Assembly (NCBI GenBank): GCA_947259305.1
Contig: CAMYML010000018.1
Span: 1-58,971 of the forward strand
Reading direction: 5' to 3'
DNA length: 58,971 nt
From: an uncultured Gammaproteobacteria bacterium
GTDB taxonomy: Bacteria; Pseudomonadota; Gammaproteobacteria; GCA-001735895
Shown: positions 43,210 to 55,422 of the stretch, piece by piece
Layout of the letters: each line of letters begins with the position of its first letter
Numbering within the stretch: the stretch's first letter is position 1
Program-made: the position numbers and the translations under genes
Notes under the pieces: model-generated
Seen by the model: the letters and a program-made list of their open reading frames with translations, nothing else
What the model was told of the DNA's origin: nothing
Database searches by the model: none

Positions 43210-43860
43210 TCAGTCGTCTGCAGCCGCCAGTGATTGCTGGAACTCGAGCGCAACACCAGCGGAATAACGCGCCAGGCCGTTTGCCAGAAAGTCATCGCGC
43301 ATCGGCTTGCCGTTTCCGACCAGTGCCTTCATTTCCGATTCCGGCGTATGCTTCTCCACCGGGGGCCAGTGACCGGGTTGGGGATCGGCGCCCTCGGCCG
43401 CGATCTCGAGCGGGTCGTCTTCGCTGATTGCCGGGATTTGTTCGAGATCCATGAACTGCCAGGTCGCTTCCAGGGGAATATTGTTATGCGGGTCGTAAAA
43501 ATAAATCGACCAGAACAGGCCATGGTCGACCGCGCCCTCCACCTCGATACCGGCCGCCTCGATACGATCCTTGAGTGCGAACAGGGCTTCCCTGGATTCA
43601 ACCGTGAGCGAAACATGATCGAAGCCAAGGGGCAGGCTGCTGCGATCGCCGGGAAACTTGCGATTCATTACGCTGGCGCCGTCGTATTCGAAAAACGCAA
43701 TGTGAGTCAGGCCATCGCCTAGCTGGAAGAAATAATGCCGATACCCGTCATGGCCGATGCCGGCGCTTAGTTTCATGCCCAGCAGATCGCGGTAAAAACG
43801 TATCGTGGTGACCATATCGTCGGTAATAAAAGCGAGATGATTGATGCCTTGCAGTGTCAT
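43210..43860 (-). CDS. VOC-family (glyoxalase/bleomycin-resistance/extradiol dioxygenase fold) protein
   Basis: I trimmed the start to the ATG at 43860, with GGAG 8 nt upstream. MTLQGINHLAFITDDMVTTIRFYRDLLGM... and a second HVSLTV module indicate the paired beta-alpha-beta-beta-beta VOC repeats. Confidence 0.85.
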   Translation of the reverse strand: MTLQGINHLAFITDDMVTTIRFYRDLLGMKLSAGIGHDGYRHYFFQLGDGLTHIAFFEYDGASVMNRKFPGDRSSLPLGFDHVSLTVESREALFALKDRIEAAGIEVEGAVDHGLFWSIYFYDPHNNIPLEATWQFMDLEQIPAISEDDPLEIAAEGADPQPGHWPPVEKHTPESEMKALVGNGKPMRDDFLANGLARYSAGVALEFQQSLAAADD

Positions 43861-44133
43861 ATTCCGCTCCAGATAGCCGTAAGATCGTCCTTTGTAGAAG
43901 CTCGTCGCAGGACAGTCGGGCAATCATAGCGCAATCCTGATTAATCTATACAGGCCTGAGATCGAAGTCTCTTGATCTGCTCACAACTTAAGCTACGAAT
44001 CTGCTTGCAGGCAACAGTTTTACCAACACGCGGTCGCCTCAGCTTACTTCTTTGGGCTAAGGCCGGAGCTTCTACAGCGAGCGTATAATTGCGATCTGCC
44101 TACGATCGCCAAAACTGAATATGCCGGTGCTTA

Positions 44134-45957
44134 TTACTCGACGGTTACCGATTTTGCGAGGTTGCGCGGTTGATCGACGTCGGTGCCGCGCAGCACTGCG
44201 ACGTGATAGGCGAAAAGTTGCAGCGGCACTATCGACAGGATCGGGGTGATGTAGTCGGTATCGCAATCCATCTCGATGACGACATCGTCGGCGTCGGCTT
44301 CGAGCTGAGCGCCGCGATGCGCGAACACGTAAAGCTTGCCGCCGCGCGCCTTGACCTCCTGCATATTGGAGTGCAGCTTTTCCAGCAGATCGTCGTTGGG
44401 CGCGACCACGATAACCGGCATCTCGGCATCGACCAGCGCTAGCGGCCCATGCTTGAGCTCGCCCGCCGGGTCAGCCTCGGCATGGATATAGGAAATCTCC
44501 TTGAGCTTCAGGGCGCCTTCCATAGCAATCGGGTAATGCTCGCCGCGACCCAGGAACAGCGCGTGCTGCTTGTCGACAAATTCCTCGGCGATACTCTCGA
44601 TGCGCGCTTCCAGCTGCAGCAACTCATCGATTTGCCGCGGCAGTGAATTCAATTCGCCAATAATGGCGGCCGCGGTTTTATTATCGAGCCGCTGCTGGAT
44701 ACGCCCGAGCGAGGTAACCAGTAACAACATCGCCACCAGCTGTGTAGTAAAGGCCTTGGTCGATGCAACCCCGATTTCCGGTCCCGCGCGGGTCATCATC
44801 ACCAGATCGGATTCCCGTACCAGTGAAGATTCGGGTACATTGCATATACATAAACTGCCGCAATAGTTGTCCGATGTCAGGCTGCGTAACGCGGACAGGC
44901 TATCGGCGGTTTCGCCCGATTGCGACAGCGTGACAAACAGCGTGTTATCCAGCACCACCGATTTGCGATAGCGAAATTCGCTGGCGACTTCGACCTGGCA
45001 GGGCAGGTTGAGCAGCGATTCGATCCAGTAGCGAGCGACCATGCCGGCGATATAGCTGGTGCCGCAGGCCACGATCTGGACGTTTTGCACGCGTTCGAAA
45101 ATCTCCGCGGCGTCGAAACCGAATACATTGTCGAGCACCGCCGAATCGGTAATTCGGCCCTGGAGGCATTGGGCCACCGCCTGTCCCTGTTCATGGATTT
45201 CCTTTTGCATGTAGTGCCGGTAATCACCCTTGCTGGCGGCGTCGGCGGTTTGCTCACTGGTTTTGACTTCCATCTGCCTGGCATTACCCGCGGCATCGTA
45301 AACCTGGTAATCGCTGTCGCTGAGTACGACATAGTCGCCATCGTCGAGGTAAATAAAGCGGTTAGTCACCGGCAGCAATGCCGACACGTCCGAAGCAACG
45401 AAGTTTTCCTTGATGCCGACCCCAACCACCAGCGGATTGCCACGACGGCAGGCAACCAGGGTGCGCGGATCGTCGGTGGCGATGATACCGAGCGCAAACG
45501 CACCCTCGAGTTCAGCCACGGCTTTTTTAACCGCGTCGAACAGATCACCATCGAAGTAGCTGTCGATCAAATGGGCGACTACCTCGCTATCGGTTTCGGA
45601 ACTGAATTCGTAACCATTTTGCAGCAGGCGCTCGCGGATCGCCTTGTAGTTTTCGATGATGCCGTTATGCACGAGGGCGATACGATCGCTGGAAAAATGC
45701 GGGTGGGCATTGTTTTCCGAGGGCTCGCCATGGGTCGCCCAACGTGTATGCGCGATACCGATATGCCCGGGCTGTTCGGGCGGCATTCTAGATTCGAGCT
45801 CCCTGACCTTGCCGAGCGCGCGAAAGCGGGCCAGTTTCTGGTTATCGATTAGCGCAATACCGGCGGAATCGTAGCCCCGATATTCGAGGCGGTATAAACC
45901 CTCGAGCAGTATCGAGCTGACGTCGCGATGCGCCAGCGCGCCCACTATTCCACACAT
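44134..45957 (-). CDS. glmS: Glutamine--fructose-6-phosphate aminotransferase
   Basis: 607 aa. It has the MCGIVGA Ntn-amidotransferase start, two SIS domains and a C-terminal ...AKSVTVE. Confidence 0.97.
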   Translation of the reverse strand: MCGIVGALAHRDVSSILLEGLYRLEYRGYDSAGIALIDNQKLARFRALGKVRELESRMPPEQPGHIGIAHTRWATHGEPSENNAHPHFSSDRIALVHNGIIENYKAIRERLLQNGYEFSSETDSEVVAHLIDSYFDGDLFDAVKKAVAELEGAFALGIIATDDPRTLVACRRGNPLVVGVGIKENFVASDVSALLPVTNRFIYLDDGDYVVLSDSDYQVYDAAGNARQMEVKTSEQTADAASKGDYRHYMQKEIHEQGQAVAQCLQGRITDSAVLDNVFGFDAAEIFERVQNVQIVACGTSYIAGMVARYWIESLLNLPCQVEVASEFRYRKSVVLDNTLFVTLSQSGETADSLSALRSLTSDNYCGSLCICNVPESSLVRESDLVMMTRAGPEIGVASTKAFTTQLVAMLLLVTSLGRIQQRLDNKTAAAIIGELNSLPRQIDELLQLEARIESIAEEFVDKQHALFLGRGEHYPIAMEGALKLKEISYIHAEADPAGELKHGPLALVDAEMPVIVVAPNDDLLEKLHSNMQEVKARGGKLYVFAHRGAQLEADADDVVIEMDCDTDYITPILSIVPLQLFAYHVAVLRGTDVDQPRNLAKSVTVE

Positions 45958-45959
45958 AG

Positions 45960-47324
45960 CTAATTTTCCTTCTTTTTCGGTTTCGACCAGGCGCCAATAG
46001 TAACCTGTTTTGCACGCGAAATAGTCAACTTGTCGGCCGGCGCATTGCGGGTAATGGTGGAGCCGGCGCCAATCGTGGCATTGCGCTCAACCCGCACCGG
46101 CGCTACCAGTTGCGTATCCGATCCTATAAAAACGCCATCCTCGATAACGGTTTTCGATTTATTGACGCCATCGTAGTTGCAGGTGATGGTGCCGGCGCCT
46201 ATATTGACCTCGCTGCCCATCTCGGTATCGCCGATATAGCTCAGATGGTTGACCTTGCTGCCCCTGCCAATTTGAGATTTCTTGGTTTCGACGAAGTTAC
46301 CGATTTTCGCTTCGTCCGCCAGTTCCGTGCCGGGGCGGATGCGTGCAAACGGACCGATACTGACATTGCGCCCTATCACCGCTTCATCGATCGAAGTCAT
46401 CGGCTGGATCACGCTGTCGGCGGCGATACTGGTATTTCGAATTACGCAATTGGCGCCGATGCGCACGTTATCGCCGAGGGTGACCGTGCCTTCGAAGATG
46501 CAGTTAACATCGATCTCCACATCCTTACCGACTTCGACAACGCCACGCAGGTCGATTCGCGCCGGATCGTAAATTTTAACGCCATGCTCCATCAGCATTT
46601 CGACCTGCCTGGTGCGATAAAGAGCTTCGACCGCGGCCAGCTGTCGCTGATTGTTTACCCCGATAACCTCGTCGGGGTCGCTGCAAACCACGGCGCAGAC
46701 CAAATCGCCATCGGCAACCGAGATCCCGACCACGTCGGTTAAATAATATTCCTGCTGCGCATTGTCGTTCTTCAGCGCGCTCGCCAGCCGCTGCAGCTTA
46801 TCGCCCCGGATCAGCATCAGTCCGGAGTGACATTCGTCAATCGCCTGCTGTTCCGGTGTTGCGTCTTTTTGTTCGACGATAGCCTGTACCGCCTGTTGAT
46901 TGCGAATAATGCGGCCGTAGCCGAAGGGATTTTCCGCTTCCCAGCTGAGAATACAAACCGCGGCATCGCGGCTCTGTTCGATCATCGACGCCATGGTTTC
47001 GGCACGGATCAGCGGCACATCGCCATACAGCACCAGCACCGCGTTGCCGGGGTTGATATGGTCGAGACACTGTTGCAGCGCATGCCCGGTACCCAGCTGT
47101 TCGCGCTGTTCAACAAATTGCAAGTCTTGCCCCTGCATCTCGTTTTGCACCTGATCGGCGCCATGGCCGACGACCACGATGATTTGCTCGGGCTCGAGCG
47201 CACGACTGCTGTCGACCACGTGCTGCAGCAGTGGCTTACCGGCCAGTTGATGCAGCACCTTGGGACGCGCGGACTTCATGCGCGTGCCCTGGCCTGCGGC
47301 AAGAATGACAATACTCAGGGGCAT
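45960..47324 (-). CDS. glmU: Bifunctional UDP-N-acetylglucosamine pyrophosphorylase / GlcN-1-P acetyltransferase
   Basis: 454 aa. It has the LAAGQGTRMKS motif and C-terminal hexapeptide repeats. It lies 2 nt upstream of glmS. Confidence 0.97.
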   Translation of the reverse strand: MPLSIVILAAGQGTRMKSARPKVLHQLAGKPLLQHVVDSSRALEPEQIIVVVGHGADQVQNEMQGQDLQFVEQREQLGTGHALQQCLDHINPGNAVLVLYGDVPLIRAETMASMIEQSRDAAVCILSWEAENPFGYGRIIRNQQAVQAIVEQKDATPEQQAIDECHSGLMLIRGDKLQRLASALKNDNAQQEYYLTDVVGISVADGDLVCAVVCSDPDEVIGVNNQRQLAAVEALYRTRQVEMLMEHGVKIYDPARIDLRGVVEVGKDVEIDVNCIFEGTVTLGDNVRIGANCVIRNTSIAADSVIQPMTSIDEAVIGRNVSIGPFARIRPGTELADEAKIGNFVETKKSQIGRGSKVNHLSYIGDTEMGSEVNIGAGTITCNYDGVNKSKTVIEDGVFIGSDTQLVAPVRVERNATIGAGSTITRNAPADKLTISRAKQVTIGAWSKPKKKEN

Positions 47325-47444
47325 GAGTGGATTCTAGAAGAAAATCAGCGGATTATTGTAGTCCATCGATGTAATTTCGTCATTCGCGGAACGCATAGAT
47401 TTTACCCAGAGTAAAATTCCGCAGGTTTGGAGTTAATACATTGT

Positions 47445-47565
47445 TGTCATCCCGCGGCTTGACCGCGGGATCTAGTTCCAATCAGAGGGAAGATGTCGGC
47501 CTGCGGCCGGGTTGTTTTGCTGGGCCCCGCCGGTCCGACGCATCGGGTCTAGCCGCGGGGTGACA
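47445..47565. repeat. MITE/REP-like element, copy 1 (121 bp, ~20-bp terminal inverted repeats)
   Basis: The ends are TGTCATCCCGCGGCTTGACC ... GGTCTAGCCGCGGGGTGACA. The left end forms a 9-bp hairpin (ATCCCGCGG-CTTGA-CCGCGGGAT). Its reverse complement matches copy 2 at 38 of 39 bases at one end and over ~25 nt at the other. Confidence 0.6.
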
Positions 47566-47600
47566 GGATATGGGGGTGGATGCCCCATGTTTCTATCTTG

Positions 47601-48014
47601 TTATTTTCTTCTCAGTTTCTTGATGGCCTGGATCTGCGCCGCGGCGGCGGCGAGTTCGGCTTTCGCCTTGGCGACATCGAGATCCGATTGCTGGTCGGCA
47701 AGCGCATTCTCGGCCCGCTTTTGCGCTTCCAGCGCAGCGGCTTCGTCAAGGTCATCCGCGCGGATCGCGGTATCCGACAACACCGTCACCAGGTGCGGCT
47801 GCACCTCGAGAATTCCGCCGGAAATGAAGAAGAACTCTTCCTTGCCACCACCCATGTCGAGGCGAACTTCGCCCGGCTTCAATGGTGAAATCAGCGGCGT
47901 GTGGCGCGGCGCGATGCCCACTTCGCCCATTACTGCCGGCGCGTACACCATCTCCGCTTCGCCGGAGAAGATCTGCTCTTCGGCGCTGACGATTTCTACC
48001 TGGATTGTGCTCAT
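47601..48014 (-). CDS. atpC: F1 ATP synthase epsilon subunit
   Basis: 137 aa. It begins [41 protein letters not shown]... and is the last gene of the atp operon. Confidence 0.95.
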   Translation of the reverse strand: MSTIQVEIVSAEEQIFSGEAEMVYAPAVMGEVGIAPRHTPLISPLKPGEVRLDMGGGKEEFFFISGGILEVQPHLVTVLSDTAIRADDLDEAAALEAQKRAENALADQQSDLDVAKAKAELAAAAAQIQAIKKLRRK

Positions 48015-48023
48015 TGCGCTACC

Positions 48024-49406
<1,383 letters not shown>

Positions 49407-49469
49407 CTAATCCTCTATCAATCAAATTCGTTAATCGCTGCACAAGTCATCCTGACCTGGCAGCTTCAC

Positions 49470-49580
49470 GAAAAACAAAAACGTGGTTTTTGTTTTTCTT
49501 CATTTTCCAATCACTTAATGATTGGAAAATGGTGGTGCGTCCATGCACCACGGGAGGCTCCGCCTTTGGCAGAGCCTCCC
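49470..49580. other. Cluster of four consecutive perfect stem-loops in the atpG-atpD spacer
   Basis: Hairpins: 49470-49498 (13-bp stem GAAAAACAAAAAC/GTTTTTGTTTTTC), 49501-49531 (13-bp stem CATTTTCCAATCA/TGATTGGAAAATG), 49532-49551 (7-bp stem GTGGTGC/GCACCAC) and 49552-49580 (9-bp stem GGGAGGCTC/GAGCCTCCC). Confidence 0.7.
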
Positions 49581-49584
49581 CCGT

Positions 49585-50445
49585 TTAAACTGCTGCCGCG
49601 CCGCCCACGATTTCGCTGATTTCCTGCGTAATCGAAGCCTGGCGTTCGCGGTTATAAATAAGCTGTAACTCGTCGATCATTTCGCCGGCGTTATCGGTCG
49701 CGCTCTTCATCGCGATCATGCGCGCGGCCATTTCGCAGGCCACATTCTCGACCACGCCCTGGTAAACCAGCGACTCGATATAACGCTCCAGCACGCTGTC
49801 AAGCACCTCTTTCGAATCGGGCTCGTAGATGTAATCCCAGTGGTGGCTGAGCTCCTTGTCGGGCGCCGGTTGCACCGGCACCAGCTGCACCATCTTCGGC
49901 TGCTGGGTCATGGTGTTGACGAATTCGTTCGCGATCAGGTAAATCACGTCGATGTCACCCTTTTCATAGCGTTGCAGCAGGGTCTGCACCGGACCGATGA
50001 TCTTGCTGATTTCGGGCGAATCGCCGATGTGGCTGGTTTCGGCAACCACTTTGGCGCCAATCCGTTTGAAGAAGTTCAACGCCTTGGTACCAAAGGTCAC
50101 GACCTCGATTTCGACGCCCTTGTCGTCCAGTTCGCCAATGTGGTTGAGGGCCTGTTTGAACAGGTTGGTGTTGAGGCCGCCGCACAGCCCCCGATCGGTG
50201 GACACCGCAACGATGCCGGCGCGCTTGATCGGGCGATCGATCAGAAACGGGTGCTTATATTCCGGGTGCGAACTCGCGACATGGCTGACCACGTCGGCGA
50301 TGCGCTGCGCGTAGGGACGCGTGGCGAACATCTGGTCCTGGGCGCGGCGCATTTTGCTCGCCGCCACCATTTCCATCGCCGCGGTGATCTTCTGAGTGTT
50401 CTGCACACTCGCGATCTTGGTCTTTATCTCTTTGCCGCCAGCCAT
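49585..50445 (-). CDS. atpG: F1 ATP synthase gamma subunit
   Basis: 286 aa. It begins [36 protein letters not shown].... Confidence 0.97.
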   Translation of the reverse strand: MAGGKEIKTKIASVQNTQKITAAMEMVAASKMRRAQDQMFATRPYAQRIADVVSHVASSHPEYKHPFLIDRPIKRAGIVAVSTDRGLCGGLNTNLFKQALNHIGELDDKGVEIEVVTFGTKALNFFKRIGAKVVAETSHIGDSPEISKIIGPVQTLLQRYEKGDIDVIYLIANEFVNTMTQQPKMVQLVPVQPAPDKELSHHWDYIYEPDSKEVLDSVLERYIESLVYQGVVENVACEMAARMIAMKSATDNAGEMIDELQLIYNRERQASITQEISEIVGGAAAV

Positions 50446-50457
50446 GTTTAAGCTCTC

Positions 50458-51999
50458 TTAGTAAACGCCGTTGGCTTTGAAGTCTTCGATCGCCTGCTTG
50501 ATCTCTGCGGCGATATCGTCGTTGTAATCACCAGCCTCGTTGATCTTGTCGAGCAGGGCCTGGTTGTTGGAGCGGATATGACCGAGCATCGCGTCTTCGA
50601 AGGCAACCACTTTGGTGACCACGACGTCGTCGAGGAAACCCTCGTTCGCCGCGTACAGCGAAATCGCCATTTCGGCAACCGACATCGGCGAATACTGGCG
50701 CTGCTTCATCAGTTCGGTAACGCGCTGACCGCGTTCCAGCTGCTTGCGCGTGGCTTCGTCGAGATCGGAAGCGAACTGCGAGAAGGCCGCGAGTTCGCGA
50801 TACTGCGCCAGCGCCAGGCGCACACCACCGCCAAGCTTCTTGATAATCGGCGTCTGCGCCGCACCACCCACGCGCGATACCGACAGGCCGGCGTTGATCG
50901 CGGGCCGGATACCGGCGTTGAACAGGTCGGACTCGAGAAAGATCTGGCCATCGGTGATCGAGATAACGTTGGTCGGTACGAAGGCCGAGACGTCGCCGCC
51001 CTGGGTTTCGATGATCGGCAGTGCCGTCAGCGAACCGGTCTTGCCCTTGATCTTGCCGCCGGTAATCTTTTCGACGTAGTCCGGATTGATCCGCGCGGCG
51101 CGTTCCAGCAGGCGCGAGTGCAGGTAAAAAACGTCGCCCGGGTAGGCTTCGCGTCCCGGCGGACGACGCAGCAGCAGCGATACCTGGCGGTAAGCCCAGG
51201 CCTGCTTGGTCAGGTCGTCGTATACGATCAGCGCGTCTTCGCCACGGTCGCGGAAGTATTCACCCATGGTGCAACCCGAGTAGGGCGCGATAAACTGCAG
51301 CGCCGCCGAGTCGGAGGCGTTGGCCGCGACCACGATGGTGTGCTCCATGGCGCCGAATTCTTCGAGCTTGCGCACGACGTTGGCGATGGTCGATGCCTTC
51401 TGACCGATACCGACGTAGACACACTTGATACCGGTGCCCTTCTGGTTGATGATCGCGTCGATTGCTACCGCCGATTTACCGGTTTGACGGTCGCCGATGA
51501 TCAATTCGCGCTGTCCGCGACCGATCGGCACCATCGCGTCGATGGACTTGAGGCCGGTCTGCACCGGCTGCGATACCGACTGGCGCGCGATAACGCCGGG
51601 CGCTACTTTTTCAATCGGCTCGAACTGCTTGGCATCGATGGCGCCCTTGCCGTCGATCGGCTCGCCCAGCGAGTTGACGACGCGGCCGAGCAATTGCTCG
51701 CCCACCGGCACTTCGAGGATACGGCCGGTACACTTGGCGGTATCGCCCTCGGAGATGTGCTCGTAGTCACCCAGGATTACCGCACCCACCGAATCACGCT
51801 CGAGGTTGAGCGCCATGCCGTAGGTGTTGCCCGGAAATTCGATCATCTCACCCGACATGACGTCAGCGAGACCGTGGATACGTGCGATGCCGTCCATCAG
51901 GCTGACAACAGTGCCCTCGGTTCTGGCTTCGGCCGTACTTTCAAAGTTCTTGATGCGATCTTTAATAAGCTCGCTAATTTCTGACGGATTAAGTTGCAT
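50458..51999 (-). CDS. atpA: F1 ATP synthase alpha subunit
   Basis: 513 aa. The N-terminus [19 protein letters not shown] is canonical and full length. The P-loop is GDRQTGKS. Confidence 0.98.
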   Translation of the reverse strand: MQLNPSEISELIKDRIKNFESTAEARTEGTVVSLMDGIARIHGLADVMSGEMIEFPGNTYGMALNLERDSVGAVILGDYEHISEGDTAKCTGRILEVPVGEQLLGRVVNSLGEPIDGKGAIDAKQFEPIEKVAPGVIARQSVSQPVQTGLKSIDAMVPIGRGQRELIIGDRQTGKSAVAIDAIINQKGTGIKCVYVGIGQKASTIANVVRKLEEFGAMEHTIVVAANASDSAALQFIAPYSGCTMGEYFRDRGEDALIVYDDLTKQAWAYRQVSLLLRRPPGREAYPGDVFYLHSRLLERAARINPDYVEKITGGKIKGKTGSLTALPIIETQGGDVSAFVPTNVISITDGQIFLESDLFNAGIRPAINAGLSVSRVGGAAQTPIIKKLGGGVRLALAQYRELAAFSQFASDLDEATRKQLERGQRVTELMKQRQYSPMSVAEMAISLYAANEGFLDDVVVTKVVAFEDAMLGHIRSNNQALLDKINEAGDYNDDIAAEIKQAIEDFKANGVY

Positions 52000-52029
52000 C
52001 GCGTTTTATCCCGTAATCATAAAAATCTG

Positions 52030-52437
52030 TTATTTGGCCATGCTTTTGGCAATCTTGTCCTGCTGCTCGGCACTCAGCTCCCGGGCGCTTCTAATGCGCA
52101 CTTCGATCTCGCCCTGCGCTTCCTGTTTCAGGGTCGCAAACTGGGCAGCGATCGCCGGCAAGGCAGCGAGCCGGCTATTTTCGGCCAGCAGGCGGATGGC
52201 GTTGTCGAAATCACTATCGCTTTCGAGCCCGGCCGCGTTGACGACTGACAGGAACAACTCGCCGAGCTCTCTGGGCAGCACGGAAGGCTGTTCGACAATA
52301 GCCTCCATGTCGGCGTCGGCGGCAATCGCCGCAGCCAGCGACAGTCGTTCCTGCCATTGATCCAGCTTGCTTTCACCCTGCGCCAGTTCAAACAGGGCCC
52401 TGGCGTAGGGTCGAGCGGCGGTTTCGAAATCAGCCAT
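52030..52437 (-). CDS. atpH: F1 ATP synthase delta subunit, C-terminally truncated (135 aa)
   Basis: MADFETAARPYARALFELA... aligns with E. coli delta from residue 1. It stops at ...DKIAKSMAK*, the position equivalent to E. coli ~134 of 177. Only 30 nt separate its stop from the atpA ATG. Confidence 0.85.
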   Translation of the reverse strand: MADFETAARPYARALFELAQGESKLDQWQERLSLAAAIAADADMEAIVEQPSVLPRELGELFLSVVNAAGLESDSDFDNAIRLLAENSRLAALPAIAAQFATLKQEAQGEIEVRIRSARELSAEQQDKIAKSMAK

Positions 52438-52447
52438 AATCTAGCCC

Positions 52448-52918
52448 TTAAATCTGCGCGACCAGTTCATCGAGCACATCGGCATGCACCTTGGCATCGA
52501 CCTCGCGCTTGAGAATCTGCTCGGCGCCGGCCAGCGCAATCACGGACACTTCTTTGCGCAATTGCTCGCGCGCCGCGGTGACTTGCTGATCGATATCCGC
52601 GCTCGCCGCCAGCTTGATCTTGTCGGCTTCGCCGCGTGCGCTATCCTTGGCTTCATCGACGATTTCGTTGGCGCGTTTCTGCGCCTGGTTGATGATTTCC
52701 TGTGCCTGCGCCTTGGCGTCGTTCAGACTTTCGCTAACCTTGACCTGGGCATCTTCTAAGTCCTGCTGTCCGCGTTGTGCTGCGGCCAGGCCTTCGGAAA
52801 TGCGCGCATTACGCTCGTCCAGGGCTGCCATGAGTGGTGGCCATATATATTTCATGCAGAACCAGACAAACACGATAAATGTGATGGTTTGTCCAATCAG
52901 TGTCGCATTGAAATTCAT
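52448..52918 (-). CDS. atpF: Fo ATP synthase b subunit
   Basis: 156 aa with one N-terminal TM helix followed by a long charged helix. Confidence 0.93.
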   Translation of the reverse strand: MNFNATLIGQTITFIVFVWFCMKYIWPPLMAALDERNARISEGLAAAQRGQQDLEDAQVKVSESLNDAKAQAQEIINQAQKRANEIVDEAKDSARGEADKIKLAASADIDQQVTAAREQLRKEVSVIALAGAEQILKREVDAKVHADVLDELVAQI

Positions 52919-52958
52919 ATTGCTGTCCTCGTTCTAGTGAATGTCAGGTTTGTCGCTG

Positions 52959-53198
<240 letters not shown>

Positions 53199-53229
53199 CT
53201 AATTATATAGAGTGTGTTGTGTTTAAAAG

Positions 53230-54078
<849 letters not shown>

Positions 54079-54082
54079 TCAA

Positions 54083-54460
54083 TTACCCTTTAATAACAAA
54101 CGGTACTATCCAGCCGGATCCCTGCATCAACACAAATCCGGCAAACAAAACTACAGGATCCCAGGGATGTCCGGAGGTGAAGGCGAGTGCGAAAATCGAA
54201 CCCATAATCACCCATTTCCCGATTTCGGATCGGTATGCGTAGCCCAAAAACTGCGCCGCATCATTATTATTCTCCATGGCCCGCAACATCCTTATATCGA
54301 AGTATGTTTTCGGTACCAGGGCCGCCAAACAGCCAACCAGGGCCGAAAGTGTGACCGCATTATCCCAGAGACCTGTGCCTGTCAGGTATACAACCCCCAG
54401 AATGTATTGAAGAACCAGCGCCTTGATAATCTGATTTTTCATCGCTATTTCTGGCAGCAA
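54083..54460 (-). CDS. atpI: ATP synthase protein I
   Basis: 125 aa, small and hydrophobic, and the first gene of the atp operon. The start could instead be the internal Met (MKNQ...). Confidence 0.8.
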   Translation of the reverse strand: MLPEIAMKNQIIKALVLQYILGVVYLTGTGLWDNAVTLSALVGCLAALVPKTYFDIRMLRAMENNNDAAQFLGYAYRSEIGKWVIMGSIFALAFTSGHPWDPVVLFAGFVLMQGSGWIVPFVIKG

Positions 54461-54546
54461 TCAAGCCCGGAATGCCCCGTCCGAAAAAGCGGATGCAGAG
54501 TATAAACGAGTTAATTGCGAATAATCAATGACCCGAACAAATATAT

Positions 54547-55422
54547 TTATGAAGACAAATGCTCGAGGATTCCTTCGAGTTCGGCGCTGCTGTGAAAGTT
54601 AATCACCAGCTGTCCGGAACCCTTCTTTCCCGGCTTGATTTTGACCGCTGCGCCAAGCTTTTCACTGAGGCTATTCTCGAGTCGCCGAATGTCGGGGTCG
54701 ACCGCCGCGGGTGGTGCTTTCTTGCTACCTGCCTGGGTTGCCAGCGTCTTTTTCACCAGCATTTCGGTTTCGCGCACCGACAGGCCGCGGTTCACGACCA
54801 GCTTCGCGACTTCGATCTGATCATGGCGAATCAGCGCCAGCAGCGCGCGCGCATGCCCCATATTGAGCAGGCCATCGTTGACCTGCTGCTTAACCGGATC
54901 GGCCAGGTCGAGCAGGCGCAACAGGTTACTGATGGTCGCGCGCGATCGCCCAACCGAATCTGCAACTTGTTGATGCGTAAGATCAAATTCTTCGATCAGG
55001 CGCAAAAACGCATTTGCCTCCTCGAGCGGATTAAGGTCTTCTCGCTGAATGTTTTCGATCAGCCCAATCGCCGCGGCCGACCTGGCGTCGAGCTCGCGCA
55101 CCAGCGCCGGAATTTTCTGCAGCCCGGCCAGCTGGGCCGCACGCCAGCGGCGTTCGCCGGCAACCAGCTCGAAATGATTGCCTTCCGGGCGCACCACCAC
55201 CGGTTGCACGATACCCTGCGAGCGGATCGAATCGGACAGTTCCTGCAACGCCTGCTGATCGAACACCGTGCGCGGCTGGAATTTGCCACGCTGGATACGA
55301 TCGATATCGAGTTCGACCAGGCCGTCCGTCCTGTCTTCGTCGGCGACGCTGGTGACTTGCTCGATGTTACCGATCAGTGATCCGAGCCCTCTGCCCAGGC
55401 GCTTTTTTTTCATAATGGTCAT
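54547..55422 (-). CDS. parB: Chromosome partitioning protein ParB
   Basis: 291 aa. Motifs KRLGRGLGSLI, the ParB box GERRWRAA and an HTH are present. It forms an ATGA overlap with parA. Confidence 0.93.
   Translation of the reverse strand: MTIMKKKRLGRGLGSLIGNIEQVTSVADEDRTDGLVELDIDRIQRGKFQPRTVFDQQALQELSDSIRSQGIVQPVVVRPEGNHFELVAGERRWRAAQLAGLQKIPALVRELDARSAAAIGLIENIQREDLNPLEEANAFLRLIEEFDLTHQQVADSVGRSRATISNLLRLLDLADPVKQQVNDGLLNMGHARALLALIRHDQIEVAKLVVNRGLSVRETEMLVKKTLATQAGSKKAPPAAVDPDIRRLENSLSEKLGAAVKIKPGKKGSGQLVINFHSSAELEGILEHLSS

Noticed and set aside
35155-43923. Calling the accessory stretch a genomic island or mobile element
   Set aside because: I found no integrase, transposase, flanking tRNA or direct repeats. 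The only evidence is atypical composition in 38880-41430, gene remnants and a tight junction. I report it as a plastic accessory region only.
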